Below, piece after piece: positions 1 through 10,748 of a stretch of 64,000 bases of DNA. Under the pieces are notes generated by a model. The model was given only the letters and a program-made list of their open reading frames with translations, was not told where the DNA came from and did not search any database. Origin of the DNA: Bacteroides sp. (GTDB lineage Bacteria > Bacteroidota > Bacteroidia > Bacteroidales > Muribaculaceae); NCBI GenBank assembly GCA_023666905.1, contig JAMPBC010000001.1, positions 593,542-657,541 on the forward strand. Reading direction: 5' to 3'. The first letter of the stretch is position 1. Every line of letters begins with the position of its first letter. The position numbers were made by a program, and so were the translations under genes.

Positions 1-623
1 ACGACTTGATTGACGGTGTGGAAATAAACGAAGCCGGTGATACGACCCGTACCGTCAGCTATGCCGACAGAATAATGCTTGGACGGCGTGCGCACGAAGC
101 ATTGCGGGCTTTCGACGCGGCCTCGGCTCAAAACGACACAGCGGCAATGGCTGCAGCCTCCTTTGAACTTGAAAAATATTACCCCTATTTCGGTTACGGG
201 TATCTTGACTCTCCTTACGAGGCTGTGCCCCCGGTTGGCATAACGTTCTATGCGTTCCACATAATGGTGATTATTGGCGGCTATCTGCTCATTTTCATGT
301 TGGCTGCTCTGTGGATGGCTTACCGCCGTACCGGTTGGCTGGACAACAAGCTTGTGTTGTGGATTGGCATGCTGACCATTCCGCTGGTTTATGTGTGCAG
401 TCAAGCCGGATGGGTAACTGCCGAGGTTGGCCGTCAGCCATGGATTATACAAGATATAATGCCTTGTAAGGCGGCTATTTCCGATATAACCGCGGGCGAT
501 GTGCAGCTCACGTTCTGGATGTTTGCCGTGGTGTTTACCGCCTTCTTTGCGGCCGAGGTGGGCATTATGCTCAGGGCTATATCAAAGGGTTCTAAAAAAG
601 ATTTCTCATCGCTTAAAGACTGA
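1..623 (+). CDS. cydA: Cytochrome bd ubiquinol oxidase subunit I, C-terminal part (5' end lies outside the window)
   Basis: ORF 6..623 contains the CydA Q-loop motif GRQPWIIQD and hydrophobic TM segments. The next gene is an unmistakable CydB. Confidence 0.85.
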   Translation, partial: DLIDGVEINEAGDTTRTVSYADRIMLGRRAHEALRAFDAASAQNDTAAMAAASFELEKYYPYFGYGYLDSPYEAVPPVGITFYAFHIMVIIGGYLLIFMLAALWMAYRRTGWLDNKLVLWIGMLTIPLVYVCSQAGWVTAEVGRQPWIIQDIMPCKAAISDITAGDVQLTFWMFAVVFTAFFAAEVGIMLRAISKGSKKDFSSLKD

Positions 624-628
624 ACGCT

Positions 629-1771
629 ATGAATTTATTAGAATATCTTCAGATGTATTGGTGGCTCCTTATAGCCGTGTTGGGTGCACTGTTGGTTTTT
701 CTGCTTTTTGTGCAGGGTGGCCAAACCATGCTGCTTGGCAAAATGCCGCAGGTGGAGCGCACCATGATGGTTAATGCGCTCGGGCGCAAGTGGGAACTCA
801 CATTCACCACTCTGGTGGTGTTCGGCGGTGCGTTTTTTGCTTCCTTCCCGCTGTTTTATTCCACCAGCTTCGGTGGTGCCTACTGGCTTTGGATGCTCAT
901 TTTGTTCAGCTTCATAATTCAGGCCGTGAGCTATGAGTTCCGCTCGAAGCCGGGCAATATTTTCGGCACCGGCACCTACGATGCCTTTCTGTTCATTAAC
1001 GGATGTGTGGGTTGCGTGCTGCTTGGTGTTGCCGTGGGCATGTTCTTTTTCGGAGCTGAATTTGAGGTCGTTAAAACCAATTTGCTCAACGGTGCTTCGC
1101 CTGTGATTTCGCGGTGGGCTCCTACCCACGGACTTGAAGCCATTTGCAATTGGCGCTGTCTGGTGCTCGGGGTGGCCGTTCTGTTTCTTGCCCGCACGCA
1201 AGCTTCGCTCTATTTTCTTTCGGCCATAGGGCACGATGACAGCTTCCACAGCAGTCAGCGCAAGTCGGTGTTGGTCAACGGCGCCATTTTTGTGCTCTTC
1301 TTCCTTCTGTTCCTTTTTCTGTTGCTTACGGCGGATGGCGTTCAGGTTGACTCGGACGGTTCCATGCGGTGGGTGTCTAACAAGTATCTGTGGAATTTCA
1401 TTGATATGTGGCCTGTTGCCGTGGTGTTCCTTCTCGGAGTGGTCAGTGTGCTGACGGGCGTAATCGGGTCATCGCTTCTGCCGCGCTTCAAGGGTGGCAT
1501 CTGGTACTCGGGAATCGGTACGGTGTTGGTGGTGATATGTTTATTCCTGGTTGCAGGATATAACTCCACGGCCTATTATCCCTCGCTGATTGACGTTTCA
1601 TCGTCGCTCACCATACAAAACAGCTCATCGTCGCTGTTCACACTCAAGGTTATGAGTTGGGTGTCACTGATAATTCCGTTTGTTGCGGCTTATATTGCTT
1701 ATGTGTGGTTCAAGATGGACCGCAAGCCCATCACGCCGCACGAAATGGAGTCAACTTCACATAAATATTAA
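629..1771 (+). CDS. cydB: Cytochrome bd ubiquinol oxidase subunit II
   Basis: 380 aa, polytopic, typical CydB N-terminus MNLLEYLQMYWWLLIAVLGALLVF. Starts 6 nt after the cydA stop. Confidence 0.85.
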   Translation: MNLLEYLQMYWWLLIAVLGALLVFLLFVQGGQTMLLGKMPQVERTMMVNALGRKWELTFTTLVVFGGAFFASFPLFYSTSFGGAYWLWMLILFSFIIQAVSYEFRSKPGNIFGTGTYDAFLFINGCVGCVLLGVAVGMFFFGAEFEVVKTNLLNGASPVISRWAPTHGLEAICNWRCLVLGVAVLFLARTQASLYFLSAIGHDDSFHSSQRKSVLVNGAIFVLFFLLFLFLLLTADGVQVDSDGSMRWVSNKYLWNFIDMWPVAVVFLLGVVSVLTGVIGSSLLPRFKGGIWYSGIGTVLVVICLFLVAGYNSTAYYPSLIDVSSSLTIQNSSSSLFTLKVMSWVSLIIPFVAAYIAYVWFKMDRKPITPHEMESTSHKY

Positions 1772-1815
1772 TGTTATTTATGAATTAAGGTGTTGCAAAG
1801 GGGCATTTTATGTTG

Positions 1816-1823
1816 TAACTTTG
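1816..1823 (+). promoter_or_regulatory. Candidate Bacteroidetes sigma-A -7 box (TAACTTTG = TAnnTTTG) upstream of the GH92 gene
   Basis: Motif match 54 nt upstream of the ATG at 1878, in an AT-rich intergenic stretch. Confidence 0.35.
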
Positions 1824-1877
1824 TAAAAACCATAAACCACGATTATTCATAACCAATAAAAACACGCTAATTAATAC

Positions 1878-4214
1878 ATGAAAAAGCTTCTTTCCATGTT
1901 TCTGTGTTGTGCTGCGGCCGTGCAGATGTCGGCCACCGAACCTGTTGACTACGTCAGCGTTTTGGTGGGCACACAGTCGGAATACGCATTGTCAACCGGA
2001 AACACCTATCCTGCCATTGGCCGCCCCTGGGGCATGAACTTCTGGACGCCCCAAACCGGGAAAATGGGCGATGGCTGGACTTATACCTACGATGCCAAGA
2101 AGATTCGCGGTTTCAAACAAACCCATCAGCCCAGTCCTTGGATTAATGACTATGGCCAGTTTGCCATTATGCCTGTTACGGGCGAAGTGCGCTTTGACGA
2201 GGATGCCCGCGCAAGTTGGTTCGGTCATAAGGCCGAGGAGGCTACGCCTTATTCATACAAGGTGTATCTGGCCGACTATGACGTGACTGCCGAGGTGACC
2301 CCCACCATGCGCGCTGCCGCTTTTCGCTTCACATTTCCCGAATGTGAACTGTCAACGGTAGTTGTCGATGCGTTCGACAAAGGTTCCCGGGTGAGCATTG
2401 ACCGCGCCAATAACCGCATAGAAGGTTACACCACCAAGAACTCGGGCGGTGTTCCCGATAATTTCAAGAACTACTTCGTAATTGAGTTCGACACCCCGTT
2501 CACCTACGTTGCCTCCGTTGCCGACGGCAAAATTACCGAAGGAGGAACCTCATCTACGGCCGAACATGCAGGCGGCATTATCGGCTTCCGAACTCATAAG
2601 GGGCAAGTGGTGAATGCCCGCGTGGCCTCCTCGTTCATCAGCCTTGAACAGGCTCACCTGAATTTGAAAGAACTTGGCGACGGCAACTTTGACCGTGTGA
2701 AGCGCGAGGGTCGCGACCGCTGGAACGAGGTGCTCGGACGCATTGAGGTGGAACCTGTGCCCGCTTCGGCCCAAACCATCGACCGCATGCGCACATTCTA
2801 TTCATGCCTGTATCGCTCGGTCATTTTCCCGCACTCGCTCTATGAAATAAACGCTCAAGGTGAAATTGTGCACTACAGCCCTTACAATGGCGATGTGCTT
2901 CCCGGATATATGTTTTCCGACACCGGTTTCTGGGACACATTCCGCTGTCTCTTCCCCCTGTTGAACCTTGTTTACCCCTCGGAAAACGAGAAGATTCAGG
3001 CCGGTCTGGTGAATGCTTATCTTGAAAGCGGTTTCTTGCCCGAATGGGCAAGTCCCGGCCACCGCGGCTGCATGGTGGGCAACAACAGTGCTTCAGTGGT
3101 TGCCGATGCCTATCTTGCCGGGCTTCGTGGCTATGATATTGAGAAACTTTGGGAGGCTGTTACTTCCGGTGCTCATAAGGTGCACCCCGAAGTGAGCTCC
3201 ACCGGTCGTCTTGGCCACGAGTATTACGACAAGCTTGGTTATGTGCCATACAACGTAGGCATAAACGAAAGCGCTGCACGCACCTTGGAGTATGCCTACG
3301 ACGACTGGTGCATCTATCAGCTCGGCAAAGCGCTTGGCAAGAGTAAAAAAGAGCTTGAACCATACGCCAAGGCTGCCATGAATTATCGTAACCTCTTCGA
3401 TGCCGAACACAAACTTATGCGCGGCAAAAATGAGGACGGCACTTTCCAGAGTCCCTTCAACCCGCTCAAGTGGGGCGATGCCTTTACAGAGGGTAACTCA
3501 TGGCACTACACATGGTCCGTGTTCCACGACCCTCAGGGTCTCATTGACCTCATGGGTGGCGACAAGGAGTTTAACACCATGATGGACTCCGTGTTCAACG
3601 TGCCCCCTGTTTTCGATGACAGCTACTACGGTCAGGTTATCCACGAAATCCGCGAAATGCAAATAATGAACATGGGTAATTATGCTCATGGTAACCAGCC
3701 CGTGCAGCACATGATTTATCTCTACAACTGGTCGGGCGAGCCCTGGAAAGCCCAATATTGGCTGCGTGAAGTTATGAACCGCATGTACACCCCCGGCCCC
3801 GACGGCTATTGCGGCGATGAGGACAACGGTCAGACTTCGGCATGGTATGTGTTCTCGGCACTCGGATTCTACCCCGTTGCACCCGGCACCGAGGAATATA
3901 TTCTTGGCGCTCCGCTCTTCCGAAAGGCCAAAATCCATTTGGAGAACGGTAAAACCGTAACCATCGAGGCCCCCGCCAACAGCGACACCAACCGCTACAT
4001 TGACCAATTGAAGGTTAATGGCGTAGTGTCGGATCTCACCTACCTCACCCTTTCGCAGCTGCAGCAGGGACCCACGCTTGACTTCACCATGGCTGCCAAG
4101 CCCAACACAGTGCGCGGCACTGCCAAAGAATCGCGTCCCTACTCATTCTCCAATGCCCCCGACGCTCCCGTTATAAAAGCGGCCAAGCAGTCAAAGAAAA
4201 AATCCAAAAAGTAA
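1878..4214 (+). CDS. GH92 family alpha-1,2-mannosidase, secreted
   Basis: 778 aa. Signal peptide MKKLLSMFLCCAAAVQ, then the characteristic GH92 N-terminus (YVSVLVGTQSEYALSTGNTYPAIGRPWGMNFWTPQT) and full-length GH92 architecture. Confidence 0.9.
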   Translation: MKKLLSMFLCCAAAVQMSATEPVDYVSVLVGTQSEYALSTGNTYPAIGRPWGMNFWTPQTGKMGDGWTYTYDAKKIRGFKQTHQPSPWINDYGQFAIMPVTGEVRFDEDARASWFGHKAEEATPYSYKVYLADYDVTAEVTPTMRAAAFRFTFPECELSTVVVDAFDKGSRVSIDRANNRIEGYTTKNSGGVPDNFKNYFVIEFDTPFTYVASVADGKITEGGTSSTAEHAGGIIGFRTHKGQVVNARVASSFISLEQAHLNLKELGDGNFDRVKREGRDRWNEVLGRIEVEPVPASAQTIDRMRTFYSCLYRSVIFPHSLYEINAQGEIVHYSPYNGDVLPGYMFSDTGFWDTFRCLFPLLNLVYPSENEKIQAGLVNAYLESGFLPEWASPGHRGCMVGNNSASVVADAYLAGLRGYDIEKLWEAVTSGAHKVHPEVSSTGRLGHEYYDKLGYVPYNVGINESAARTLEYAYDDWCIYQLGKALGKSKKELEPYAKAAMNYRNLFDAEHKLMRGKNEDGTFQSPFNPLKWGDAFTEGNSWHYTWSVFHDPQGLIDLMGGDKEFNTMMDSVFNVPPVFDDSYYGQVIHEIREMQIMNMGNYAHGNQPVQHMIYLYNWSGEPWKAQYWLREVMNRMYTPGPDGYCGDEDNGQTSAWYVFSALGFYPVAPGTEEYILGAPLFRKAKIHLENGKTVTIEAPANSDTNRYIDQLKVNGVVSDLTYLTLSQLQQGPTLDFTMAAKPNTVRGTAKESRPYSFSNAPDAPVIKAAKQSKKKSKK

Positions 4215-4242
4215 CGTCCCCCGTTACATATACCCCATAACC

Positions 4243-4277
4243 AAAGAGGCAACCTGCAAGTGCGCCGGTTGCCTCTT
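4243..4277. terminator. Bidirectional intrinsic terminator between the convergent GH92 and M48 genes
   Basis: Perfect 11-12 bp stem AAAGAGGCAACC / GGTTGCCTCTT with a 12-nt loop, followed by GATTATTTT on the plus strand. Confidence 0.55.
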
Positions 4278-4302
4278 GATTATTTTAACTGATTGCGGGT
4301 GA

Positions 4303-5145
4303 TTATTTTCGTTTGGATTTTGTGGCCGCTTTTTTAGTGGTGGATTTGGTGGAGGAGGATGTGCGCACGTAGCCGTCCTTTTTGCAGCGTTCGGTCATGC
4401 GTGCTATGCGGGCTTTGGAGTCGGGGTGCGACGAGAACATTTTGCCCACGTAATAGTTAATGCCGCTTCCTTGCTGCTCCATCTGGCTTAATTTTTCAAA
4501 TGCGGCAACCATGCCCCAGGGATTTTTCCCTTTTGAAACAAGGAAATCGTATCCGCAATCGTCGGCTTCGCTTTCCTGTGAACGGGAGTATTTGGCACTT
4601 ATCAATGTCTCGCCAATGGCACCGAGCTGCGAATCAGTCAGGGCTGCAGCCCGGCCGCCGGTGGAGGCTATCGCATCGTGCAACGCGCCGGTGTACAACT
4701 GATTTTTAAGAGCGTTTTTGGAATGATGCTTGAGCACGTGGCCAATTTCATGGCCGATAACGCCAAGCAGCTCATCGTCAGTCATTACGTCCATCAGTCC
4801 GGTGAACACGCGCACACTGCCGTCCGGACACGCAAATGCGTTCACCTCTTTGGTTTGATACACTTTGAAATTCAAAGGGATTCCACCGGCATTAGTTATC
4901 CCGGCGGTCAGTCGCTTGAGACGTTGTGTGTAAGGGCTCGATGCCGGAAGCACGGTGTTTTCCTTGTCCATCTGTGCAACCGATGCCTTGACGTACTCGG
5001 CCATCTGGGCATCGGTCAAAGTCATGGCCTGGCCGGCTTTCACCAGCCCGCTCAATGCACGCGTCCAACTGAATTGTGCGCTTGCGGGGACGCTTGTGGC
5101 GCCTAAAGCAAGGCAAAGGGCTATGCTTATTAATATCTTTTTCAT
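4303..5145 (-). CDS. M48 family zinc metalloprotease, secreted or lipoprotein
   Basis: 280 aa. Signal peptide, HEIGH zinc motif (GVIGHEIGHVLKHH), basic C-terminal tail. Confidence 0.85.
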   Translation of the reverse strand: MKKILISIALCLALGATSVPASAQFSWTRALSGLVKAGQAMTLTDAQMAEYVKASVAQMDKENTVLPASSPYTQRLKRLTAGITNAGGIPLNFKVYQTKEVNAFACPDGSVRVFTGLMDVMTDDELLGVIGHEIGHVLKHHSKNALKNQLYTGALHDAIASTGGRAAALTDSQLGAIGETLISAKYSRSQESEADDCGYDFLVSKGKNPWGMVAAFEKLSQMEQQGSGINYYVGKMFSSHPDSKARIARMTERCKKDGYVRTSSSTKSTTKKAATKSKRK

Positions 5146-5193
5146 ATTATTATATACGATTTTCAGGCGCCAAAAGTTTTTAATACTCCGGCA

Positions 5194-6321
5194 TTAACCG
5201 TAGAGGAACGAGGTGTAGTGAACGGCAATATTCCTGTAGATTAGTTTCCCGGATTTGTTGTAGATGTCAACATAGCTATCTTCGTTTATATTAGAGCCAA
5301 AGTACTGACAGATAATATAATTGTCTACATCCATGATGATGGTATATTTCATGGGTACAACAACTTTACCTTTGCGGTTGACAAGGCCGGATAGCCCTCC
5401 GCGTGATTTTAAGAACAAGCCGGGCGCCCGCTCAAAGCGTAAGGGCTCGGTTCGCAGTCGTTTGCCGGTTGAGCTGTATATTGTTTGTTTATCTATGCTA
5501 TAATCCATGGCGGTTATATCACCATTTGTCGGATTTATTTCTATCCATGTATATTTGAAGGGAACCACGGTTCGGTTGTTTTTATTTATTGCGCCCATCG
5601 CACCGTTCTTCAACACAGGACAAGTTCCCTTGACGAACATTAGTGGCGGTTCGCCACCGTCATCGTACCAGGTATCGTCGTCGTCATACTTGAAAGGAAT
5701 CACCACCCGGCCGGTTTTGTTTATGAAGCCCCACTTGGAGTTTTTTTGAACTGCGGCAAGGCCTTCGCTGAAGTCGCAAACTTCAGTATAAGTAGCAGGA
5801 ATCACAACTTTTCCAGAGGCGTTTACAAATCCGCATTTTTGATTGCGGTAATAGATAATCAAGCCATTGGAAATCTTTTCCCCACATCTTCCGCTCACAG
5901 CCCGGCTCTTTGTCCCGGTATTGCTGTTCCATATCGTGAAACTCGGCTTGCCGGTCTTGCTATTTTCGGTTGTTAATCCATACAGTCCCTCTCCGAGGTT
6001 TGTAATGTGCGAGTTTCCGGCGTTTAAGATGGTTTCTCCCTGCAAGTTCACAAGACGCATTTTACCACGTTGCGTTACGTTGACCAGGTTGTTTGAAGAG
6101 ACCCCCATTGCATCTTCGCTCTTGATGTTCGGGATGATTTTCCCGTTTTTCATCAAGTACCAGGTCATGGTTTTCTTACCATCAGGGTTGAAGGCGCTGT
6201 CGTAGGAAACTGAAAAATACCCATTGCCGGCATACATAATATTAGTGTACTTTGCGGCGGCAACTTTTGATACTGTAAATATCAGCATCAAGGCAAGAAG
6301 TGCGAACGTTGATTTTCTCAT
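5194..6321 (-). CDS. WG-repeat-containing secreted protein
   Basis: 375 aa. Signal peptide and repeated KWGFINKTGRVVIPFKYDD-type WG motifs. Confidence 0.7.
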   Translation of the reverse strand: MRKSTFALLALMLIFTVSKVAAAKYTNIMYAGNGYFSVSYDSAFNPDGKKTMTWYLMKNGKIIPNIKSEDAMGVSSNNLVNVTQRGKMRLVNLQGETILNAGNSHITNLGEGLYGLTTENSKTGKPSFTIWNSNTGTKSRAVSGRCGEKISNGLIIYYRNQKCGFVNASGKVVIPATYTEVCDFSEGLAAVQKNSKWGFINKTGRVVIPFKYDDDDTWYDDGGEPPLMFVKGTCPVLKNGAMGAINKNNRTVVPFKYTWIEINPTNGDITAMDYSIDKQTIYSSTGKRLRTEPLRFERAPGLFLKSRGGLSGLVNRKGKVVVPMKYTIIMDVDNYIICQYFGSNINEDSYVDIYNKSGKLIYRNIAVHYTSFLYG

Positions 6322-6323
6322 GG

Positions 6324-7556
6324 CTATTCAAGGTTGTAGTCTTTGATTTTGCGGTAGAGGGTGCGCTCGGAGATGTTGAGCTCGCGTGCGGTGTCCTTGC
6401 GTCGGCCGCCATTGTTTTCAAGTGCCCGGCGAATGGTTTCGCGCTCGGTTTCCTCAAGTGTCATTGCGGGAGCTGTGTGAGTCGCTTCCGGTTTTAGGGT
6501 GGGGAAGGAGTTTTCGGAGGGAGCTGTGTATTTCACCAGACTTGTGGGGACTTCAATCACTTCCACAGGGCGGCTTTGCGGTTGAGCGGCCGAAGATTGC
6601 TCGGTTTCTTCGCGGTCAAGGCGGCGGTGCAGCCGGTCAATTTCCTCCTGCATCCTGAACAGCATGTTGAACAGCAGTTCCCGTTCCTGGTCGTAGGTGT
6701 GGGCCGAGCGTGAGCTCACGGCGGGAGTATAGTCCATGTCTGAGTCAGGCAGATAGGATTTTATAACCGAGCCATCAATCTTCGAGCCGGCTTGGAACAG
6801 GGCCATTTGCTCGGTCACGTTCTTAAGCTGGCGCACATTGCCCGGCCAGCGGTAATGCAACAAGGCCCGTTGGGCCGATTCCTCAATGTTGATTGGGGGC
6901 ATGGAGTATCGTTCCGAGAAGTCGGAGGCGAACTTGCGGGCAAGCAGCAGAATGTCGTTTCCGCGGTCGCGCAGCGGCGGCACGGAAATCTGAACTGTGG
7001 AGAGGCGGTAAAACAAATCCTCTCTGAACCGGCCCTGGCGCACGGCTTCAACCATGTCAACGTTAGTGGCTGCCACAACGCGAATGTTGGTTCGCTGCAC
7101 CGTGGATGAACCCACCTTCAGGAACTCGCCCGACTCAAGCACACGGAGCAGGCGTGCCTGGGTGGTGAGGGGAAGTTCGGCCACTTCATCAAGGAAAATT
7201 GTTCCGCCGTCGGCTTCCTCAAAATATCCTTTGCGGGCTGAAACAGCACCGGTGAACGAGCCCTTCTCGTGTCCAAACAGTTCGGAGTCAATGGTTCCCT
7301 CGGGTATGGCGCCGCAGTTAACTGCAATGTAGCGCGCATGTTTCCTTGGCGAAAAGGCGTGGATTATCTGGGGAAAGAACTCCTTTCCGGTTCCGCTCTC
7401 GCCCGTTACGAGCACTGAAAGATCAATGGGAGCCACCTGAATGGCTCGCGTCACTGCTGCAATCAGGGCCGGGGCGTTGCCAATGATGCCAAAGCGCATT
7501 TTGGCTTGCTGAACCTCGGGAGTTATTTCGGGTATGTTTAACGGCATATTGTTCAA
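6324..7556 (-). CDS. Sigma-54-dependent Fis-family transcriptional activator with no N-terminal receiver or sensor domain
   Basis: 410 aa. Begins almost directly with the AAA+ sigma-54 interaction domain (Walker A GESGTGKE; ESELFGHEKGSFTGA matches the GAFTGA-type motif). C-terminal Fis-type HTH. Confidence 0.85.
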   Translation of the reverse strand: MNNMPLNIPEITPEVQQAKMRFGIIGNAPALIAAVTRAIQVAPIDLSVLVTGESGTGKEFFPQIIHAFSPRKHARYIAVNCGAIPEGTIDSELFGHEKGSFTGAVSARKGYFEEADGGTIFLDEVAELPLTTQARLLRVLESGEFLKVGSSTVQRTNIRVVAATNVDMVEAVRQGRFREDLFYRLSTVQISVPPLRDRGNDILLLARKFASDFSERYSMPPINIEESAQRALLHYRWPGNVRQLKNVTEQMALFQAGSKIDGSVIKSYLPDSDMDYTPAVSSRSAHTYDQERELLFNMLFRMQEEIDRLHRRLDREETEQSSAAQPQSRPVEVIEVPTSLVKYTAPSENSFPTLKPEATHTAPAMTLEETERETIRRALENNGGRRKDTARELNISERTLYRKIKDYNLE

Positions 7557-7592
7557 AGAATAAGTGAGTGAAGTGATGTGGATGCCGCAGAA

Positions 7593-8648
7593 TCAATGCG
7601 TGGCTTCTGTCATTTCACCGCGCAGAGATTTGGGCAATCGCTTGGCCACCTCGGCGGCATCAAGGCCTTGTCCGAAGAGAAACATCATTTTTGCAATGGC
7701 GGCCTCGGTGGTAATGTCGGCACCGGAAATCACTCCGGCGTGTGCAAGAGCATCGCTTGCCGCATAAAGCCCGGGCAAAACGCTTCCGCCAACACACTGG
7801 GTTACATTGAACACCACCAATCCGCGTTCCACGGCATCCTTGAGCCCGTTGACAAACCATGGGGCCGTAGGCGCATTGCCGGCACCGAATGAACGGAGCA
7901 CAACTCCCTTGGTGTCGGGCATGTTGAGAGCGTAGCGAAACACTTCGGCTCTCATGCCGGGATAGAGGTCAATTACAACAATGCGTTTGTCAAGACCGTA
8001 GTTCACTCTGAACGGTTCGTCGCCTTTCAAGCGGTAAAGGGCTTCCTCGTGGAAATTTATGTCAAGTCCAATCTTTGCCAACTGCGGATAGTTATGGCTT
8101 TTAAAGGCATTGAAATTGTCGGCCGAACGTTTGGTCGAACGGTTGCCGCGCCACAGATAGTTCTCGAAAAGAATGGCCACTTCCTGCACCATGGGTGCTC
8201 CATGGCGGTCAAGCGCGGCTGCAATCTGCACGGCTGTTATCAGGTTCTCTTCACCGTCTGTGCGCACCTCGCCAATAGGTAGCTGCGAACCGGTGATAAT
8301 TACCGGTTTGCGCAGATTTTCAAGCATGAACGATAGTGCCGAGGCGGTGTAGGCCATGGTGTCGGTGCCGTGAAGCACAACAAAGCCGTCGTAGTTATCA
8401 TAGTGCTGCTCCACCACCCGGGCAATCTCCTCCCAGTGTTCGGGACTCATGTCGCTTGAATCGATGGGAGGATTGAATGAAACGTTGTCAATCACATAGT
8501 TGAGCATCTTGAGCTTGGGAACGTTGTCAATCAGGTGATCAAAGTCAAATGGTTGAAGTGACTTTGTGTCAGCGTTCTCAATCATGCCGATGGTGCCACC
8601 GGTATATATTAAAAGTATGCGCGGTCTATGCGAGTTGTTCTGGTTCAT
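7593..8648 (-). CDS. ansA: L-asparaginase, type I
   Basis: 351 aa. N-terminal threonine motif ILLIYTGGTIGM and full asparaginase fold. Confidence 0.85.
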   Translation of the reverse strand: MNQNNSHRPRILLIYTGGTIGMIENADTKSLQPFDFDHLIDNVPKLKMLNYVIDNVSFNPPIDSSDMSPEHWEEIARVVEQHYDNYDGFVVLHGTDTMAYTASALSFMLENLRKPVIITGSQLPIGEVRTDGEENLITAVQIAAALDRHGAPMVQEVAILFENYLWRGNRSTKRSADNFNAFKSHNYPQLAKIGLDINFHEEALYRLKGDEPFRVNYGLDKRIVVIDLYPGMRAEVFRYALNMPDTKGVVLRSFGAGNAPTAPWFVNGLKDAVERGLVVFNVTQCVGGSVLPGLYAASDALAHAGVISGADITTEAAIAKMMFLFGQGLDAAEVAKRLPKSLRGEMTEATH

Positions 8649-8670
8649 GATTTGTTGCCGTGATGTTACA

Positions 8671-10713
8671 TTATTTTACTTGGGCTCCGGGCACCACAGG
8701 TGCTGTGGGGCCAATGACCACAAGGGAGCCGTCGGCGTTTTCAGCCGAGAGTATCATGCCTTGGCTTTCAATGCCCTTGAGCTTGCGCGGCGGAAGGTTG
8801 GCAATGAAACAAACCTGCTTGCCCACCAATTCCTCGGGCTTGTAGTATTTGGCTATGCCCGAAACGATTGTGCGCTGCTCCAGGCCGTCGTCAATGAGGA
8901 ACTTGAGCAGTTTGTCGGCCTTGGGCACTTTTACACATTCCAGCACCGTGCCCACGCGCAGGTCGGCTTTCATGAATGTCTCGAAGTCGACGTCGGGAGC
9001 CTGCGGAGCTGCTTTGTAGTTCTTGATTTTGTTCTCCTCTTTGATGCGTTCGAGGCGGTCAAGCTGGGCCTGGATGGCTGAATCCTCAATTTTTTCAAAG
9101 AGCAGCTCGGGCTTGGCAAGAGTGCTCCCGGCAGGAATCAGATTGTCGCTTCCAAGTTGTGCCCATGTGAGTTCGCCCATACCTAACATTGATGAGAGTT
9201 TGTCGGCCGAGAATGGGAGGAACGGCTTGATGGCCACGGCAATGTTTGCGCAAATCTGCAGGGCCATGTTCAGAATGGTGGCGGTGCGTTCCATGGAGGT
9301 CTTGGACACTTTCCATGGCTCGGTTTCCTGAAGATAGCGGTTGCCTATGCGGGCAATCTCCATGGCCTCTTTGAGTCCTTCGCGGAAGTGGAATGTTTCA
9401 AGAGCCGCTGTGAGTCGGTCGGCTGCTTCGTTGATTTCGCGCATGGCATTGATGTCCACGTCCTCAAGCTCGCCGCGTTCAGGCACGGTCCCATTGAAGT
9501 ATTTGTGAGTGAGAACCATAGCGCGATTCACGAAGTTGCCCAGAATGGCAACGAGCTCATTGTTGTTGCGGGCCTGGAAATCGGCCCAGGTGAAGTCGTT
9601 GTCCTTTGTTTCGGGCGCGTTGGCGGTGAGCACGTAGCGCAGCACGTCCTGCTTGCCGGGGAAATCGGCGAGATATTCATGCAGCCACACCGCCCAGTTG
9701 CGCGATGTTGAAATCTTGTCGCCCTCCAGGTTCAGGAATTCGTTTGCCGGAACATTGTCGGGCAACTGATAGCCGTCGCCATAGGCCATGAGCATTGCGG
9801 GGAACACAATGCAGTGGAACACAATGTTGTCCTTGCCAATGAAGTTGATTATTCTTGTTTCGGGGTCTTTCCAATATTTCTCCCAGCTGTCAGGCAGTAG
9901 TTCTTTTGTGTTGGAAATGTAGCCTATGGGGGCATCGAACCACACATAGAGCACCTTACCTTCGGCGCCTTCCACCGGCACGGGCACGCCCCAGTCGAGG
10001 TCGCGGCTCACGGCGCGGGGTTGCAAGCCAAGGTCGAGCCATGATTTGCACTGGCCGTAAACGTTGGTTTTCCACTCTTTGTGTCCGTCCAGAATCCATT
10101 TGCGCAGCGCATCTTCCCAGCGGTTGAGCGGCAAATACCAGTGAGTTGTTTCACGCATTGTCACCGGGGCGGAGGTGAGGCTTGAGTGGGGGTCGATAAG
10201 GTCAGTGGCGTTCAACGATGTCCCGCAAGCCTCGCACTGGTCGCCGTAGGCACGGTCGCTGCCGCAGTGAGGGCAAGTGCCGGTTACGTAGCGGTCAGCA
10301 AGGAATTGCCCGGCCTTTTCATCGTAAGGCTGGAGAGAAGTCTGCTGCTCGAACTGTCCGTTATCGTAGAGCCGGCGGAAAAATTCCGATGCGGTTTCGT
10401 TGTGTATGCTGCTTGTGGTGCGCGAGTAAATGTCAAATGAAATGCCCAGGCCCTCCATTGAGTCCTTGATTATGGTGTGGTAGCGGTCAACGATGTCCTG
10501 AGGTGTGACGCCCTCGTTGCGGGCTTTGATGGTGATGGGCACTCCGTGCTCATCGCTTCCGCCAATCATTATCACGTCTTCGCCGCGCATGCGCAGGAAA
10601 CGGGCGTAAATGTCGGCAGGAACATATACTCCTGCAAGGTGGCCAATGTGCACGGGGCCGTTGGCGTAAGGTAAGGCTGTGGTTATAAGGGTGCGTTTAT
10701 GGTTTTTTTCCAT
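8671..10713 (-). CDS. metG: Methionine--tRNA ligase with C-terminal EMAP/tRNA-binding domain
   Basis: HIGH motif ([14 protein letters not shown]), KMSKS region, zinc knuckle [19 protein letters not shown]-terminal tRNA-binding domain. Start placed at the internal MEKNHKRT (ATG ending at 10713) because a -7 box sits inside the longer ORF. Confidence 0.9.
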   Translation of the reverse strand: MEKNHKRTLITTALPYANGPVHIGHLAGVYVPADIYARFLRMRGEDVIMIGGSDEHGVPITIKARNEGVTPQDIVDRYHTIIKDSMEGLGISFDIYSRTTSSIHNETASEFFRRLYDNGQFEQQTSLQPYDEKAGQFLADRYVTGTCPHCGSDRAYGDQCEACGTSLNATDLIDPHSSLTSAPVTMRETTHWYLPLNRWEDALRKWILDGHKEWKTNVYGQCKSWLDLGLQPRAVSRDLDWGVPVPVEGAEGKVLYVWFDAPIGYISNTKELLPDSWEKYWKDPETRIINFIGKDNIVFHCIVFPAMLMAYGDGYQLPDNVPANEFLNLEGDKISTSRNWAVWLHEYLADFPGKQDVLRYVLTANAPETKDNDFTWADFQARNNNELVAILGNFVNRAMVLTHKYFNGTVPERGELEDVDINAMREINEAADRLTAALETFHFREGLKEAMEIARIGNRYLQETEPWKVSKTSMERTATILNMALQICANIAVAIKPFLPFSADKLSSMLGMGELTWAQLGSDNLIPAGSTLAKPELLFEKIEDSAIQAQLDRLERIKEENKIKNYKAAPQAPDVDFETFMKADLRVGTVLECVKVPKADKLLKFLIDDGLEQRTIVSGIAKYYKPEELVGKQVCFIANLPPRKLKGIESQGMILSAENADGSLVVIGPTAPVVPGAQVK

Positions 10714-10740
10714 AATGTTGACAATGTTTTTTATAATTTG

Positions 10741-10748
10741 CAAAATTA
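10741..10748 (-). promoter_or_regulatory. Candidate -7 box (TAATTTTG on the minus strand) for metG
   Basis: Reverse complement of CAAAATTA at 10741-10748. It lies about 28 nt upstream of the proposed metG ATG. Confidence 0.4.

Noticed and set aside
638-1249. 203-aa minus-strand ORF overlapping cydB
   Set aside because: It lies entirely antisense within a strongly supported CydB gene. Its composition is Arg/His/Gly-rich, typical of a spurious GC-frame ORF.
4215-4302. Possible small gene or sRNA between the GH92 and M48 genes
   Set aside because: The 88-bp spacer is fully accounted for by a single bidirectional terminator hairpin serving two convergent genes.
8566-9081. 171-aa plus-strand ORF
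   Set aside because: Antisense to ansA and metG coding sequence, with no independent support.
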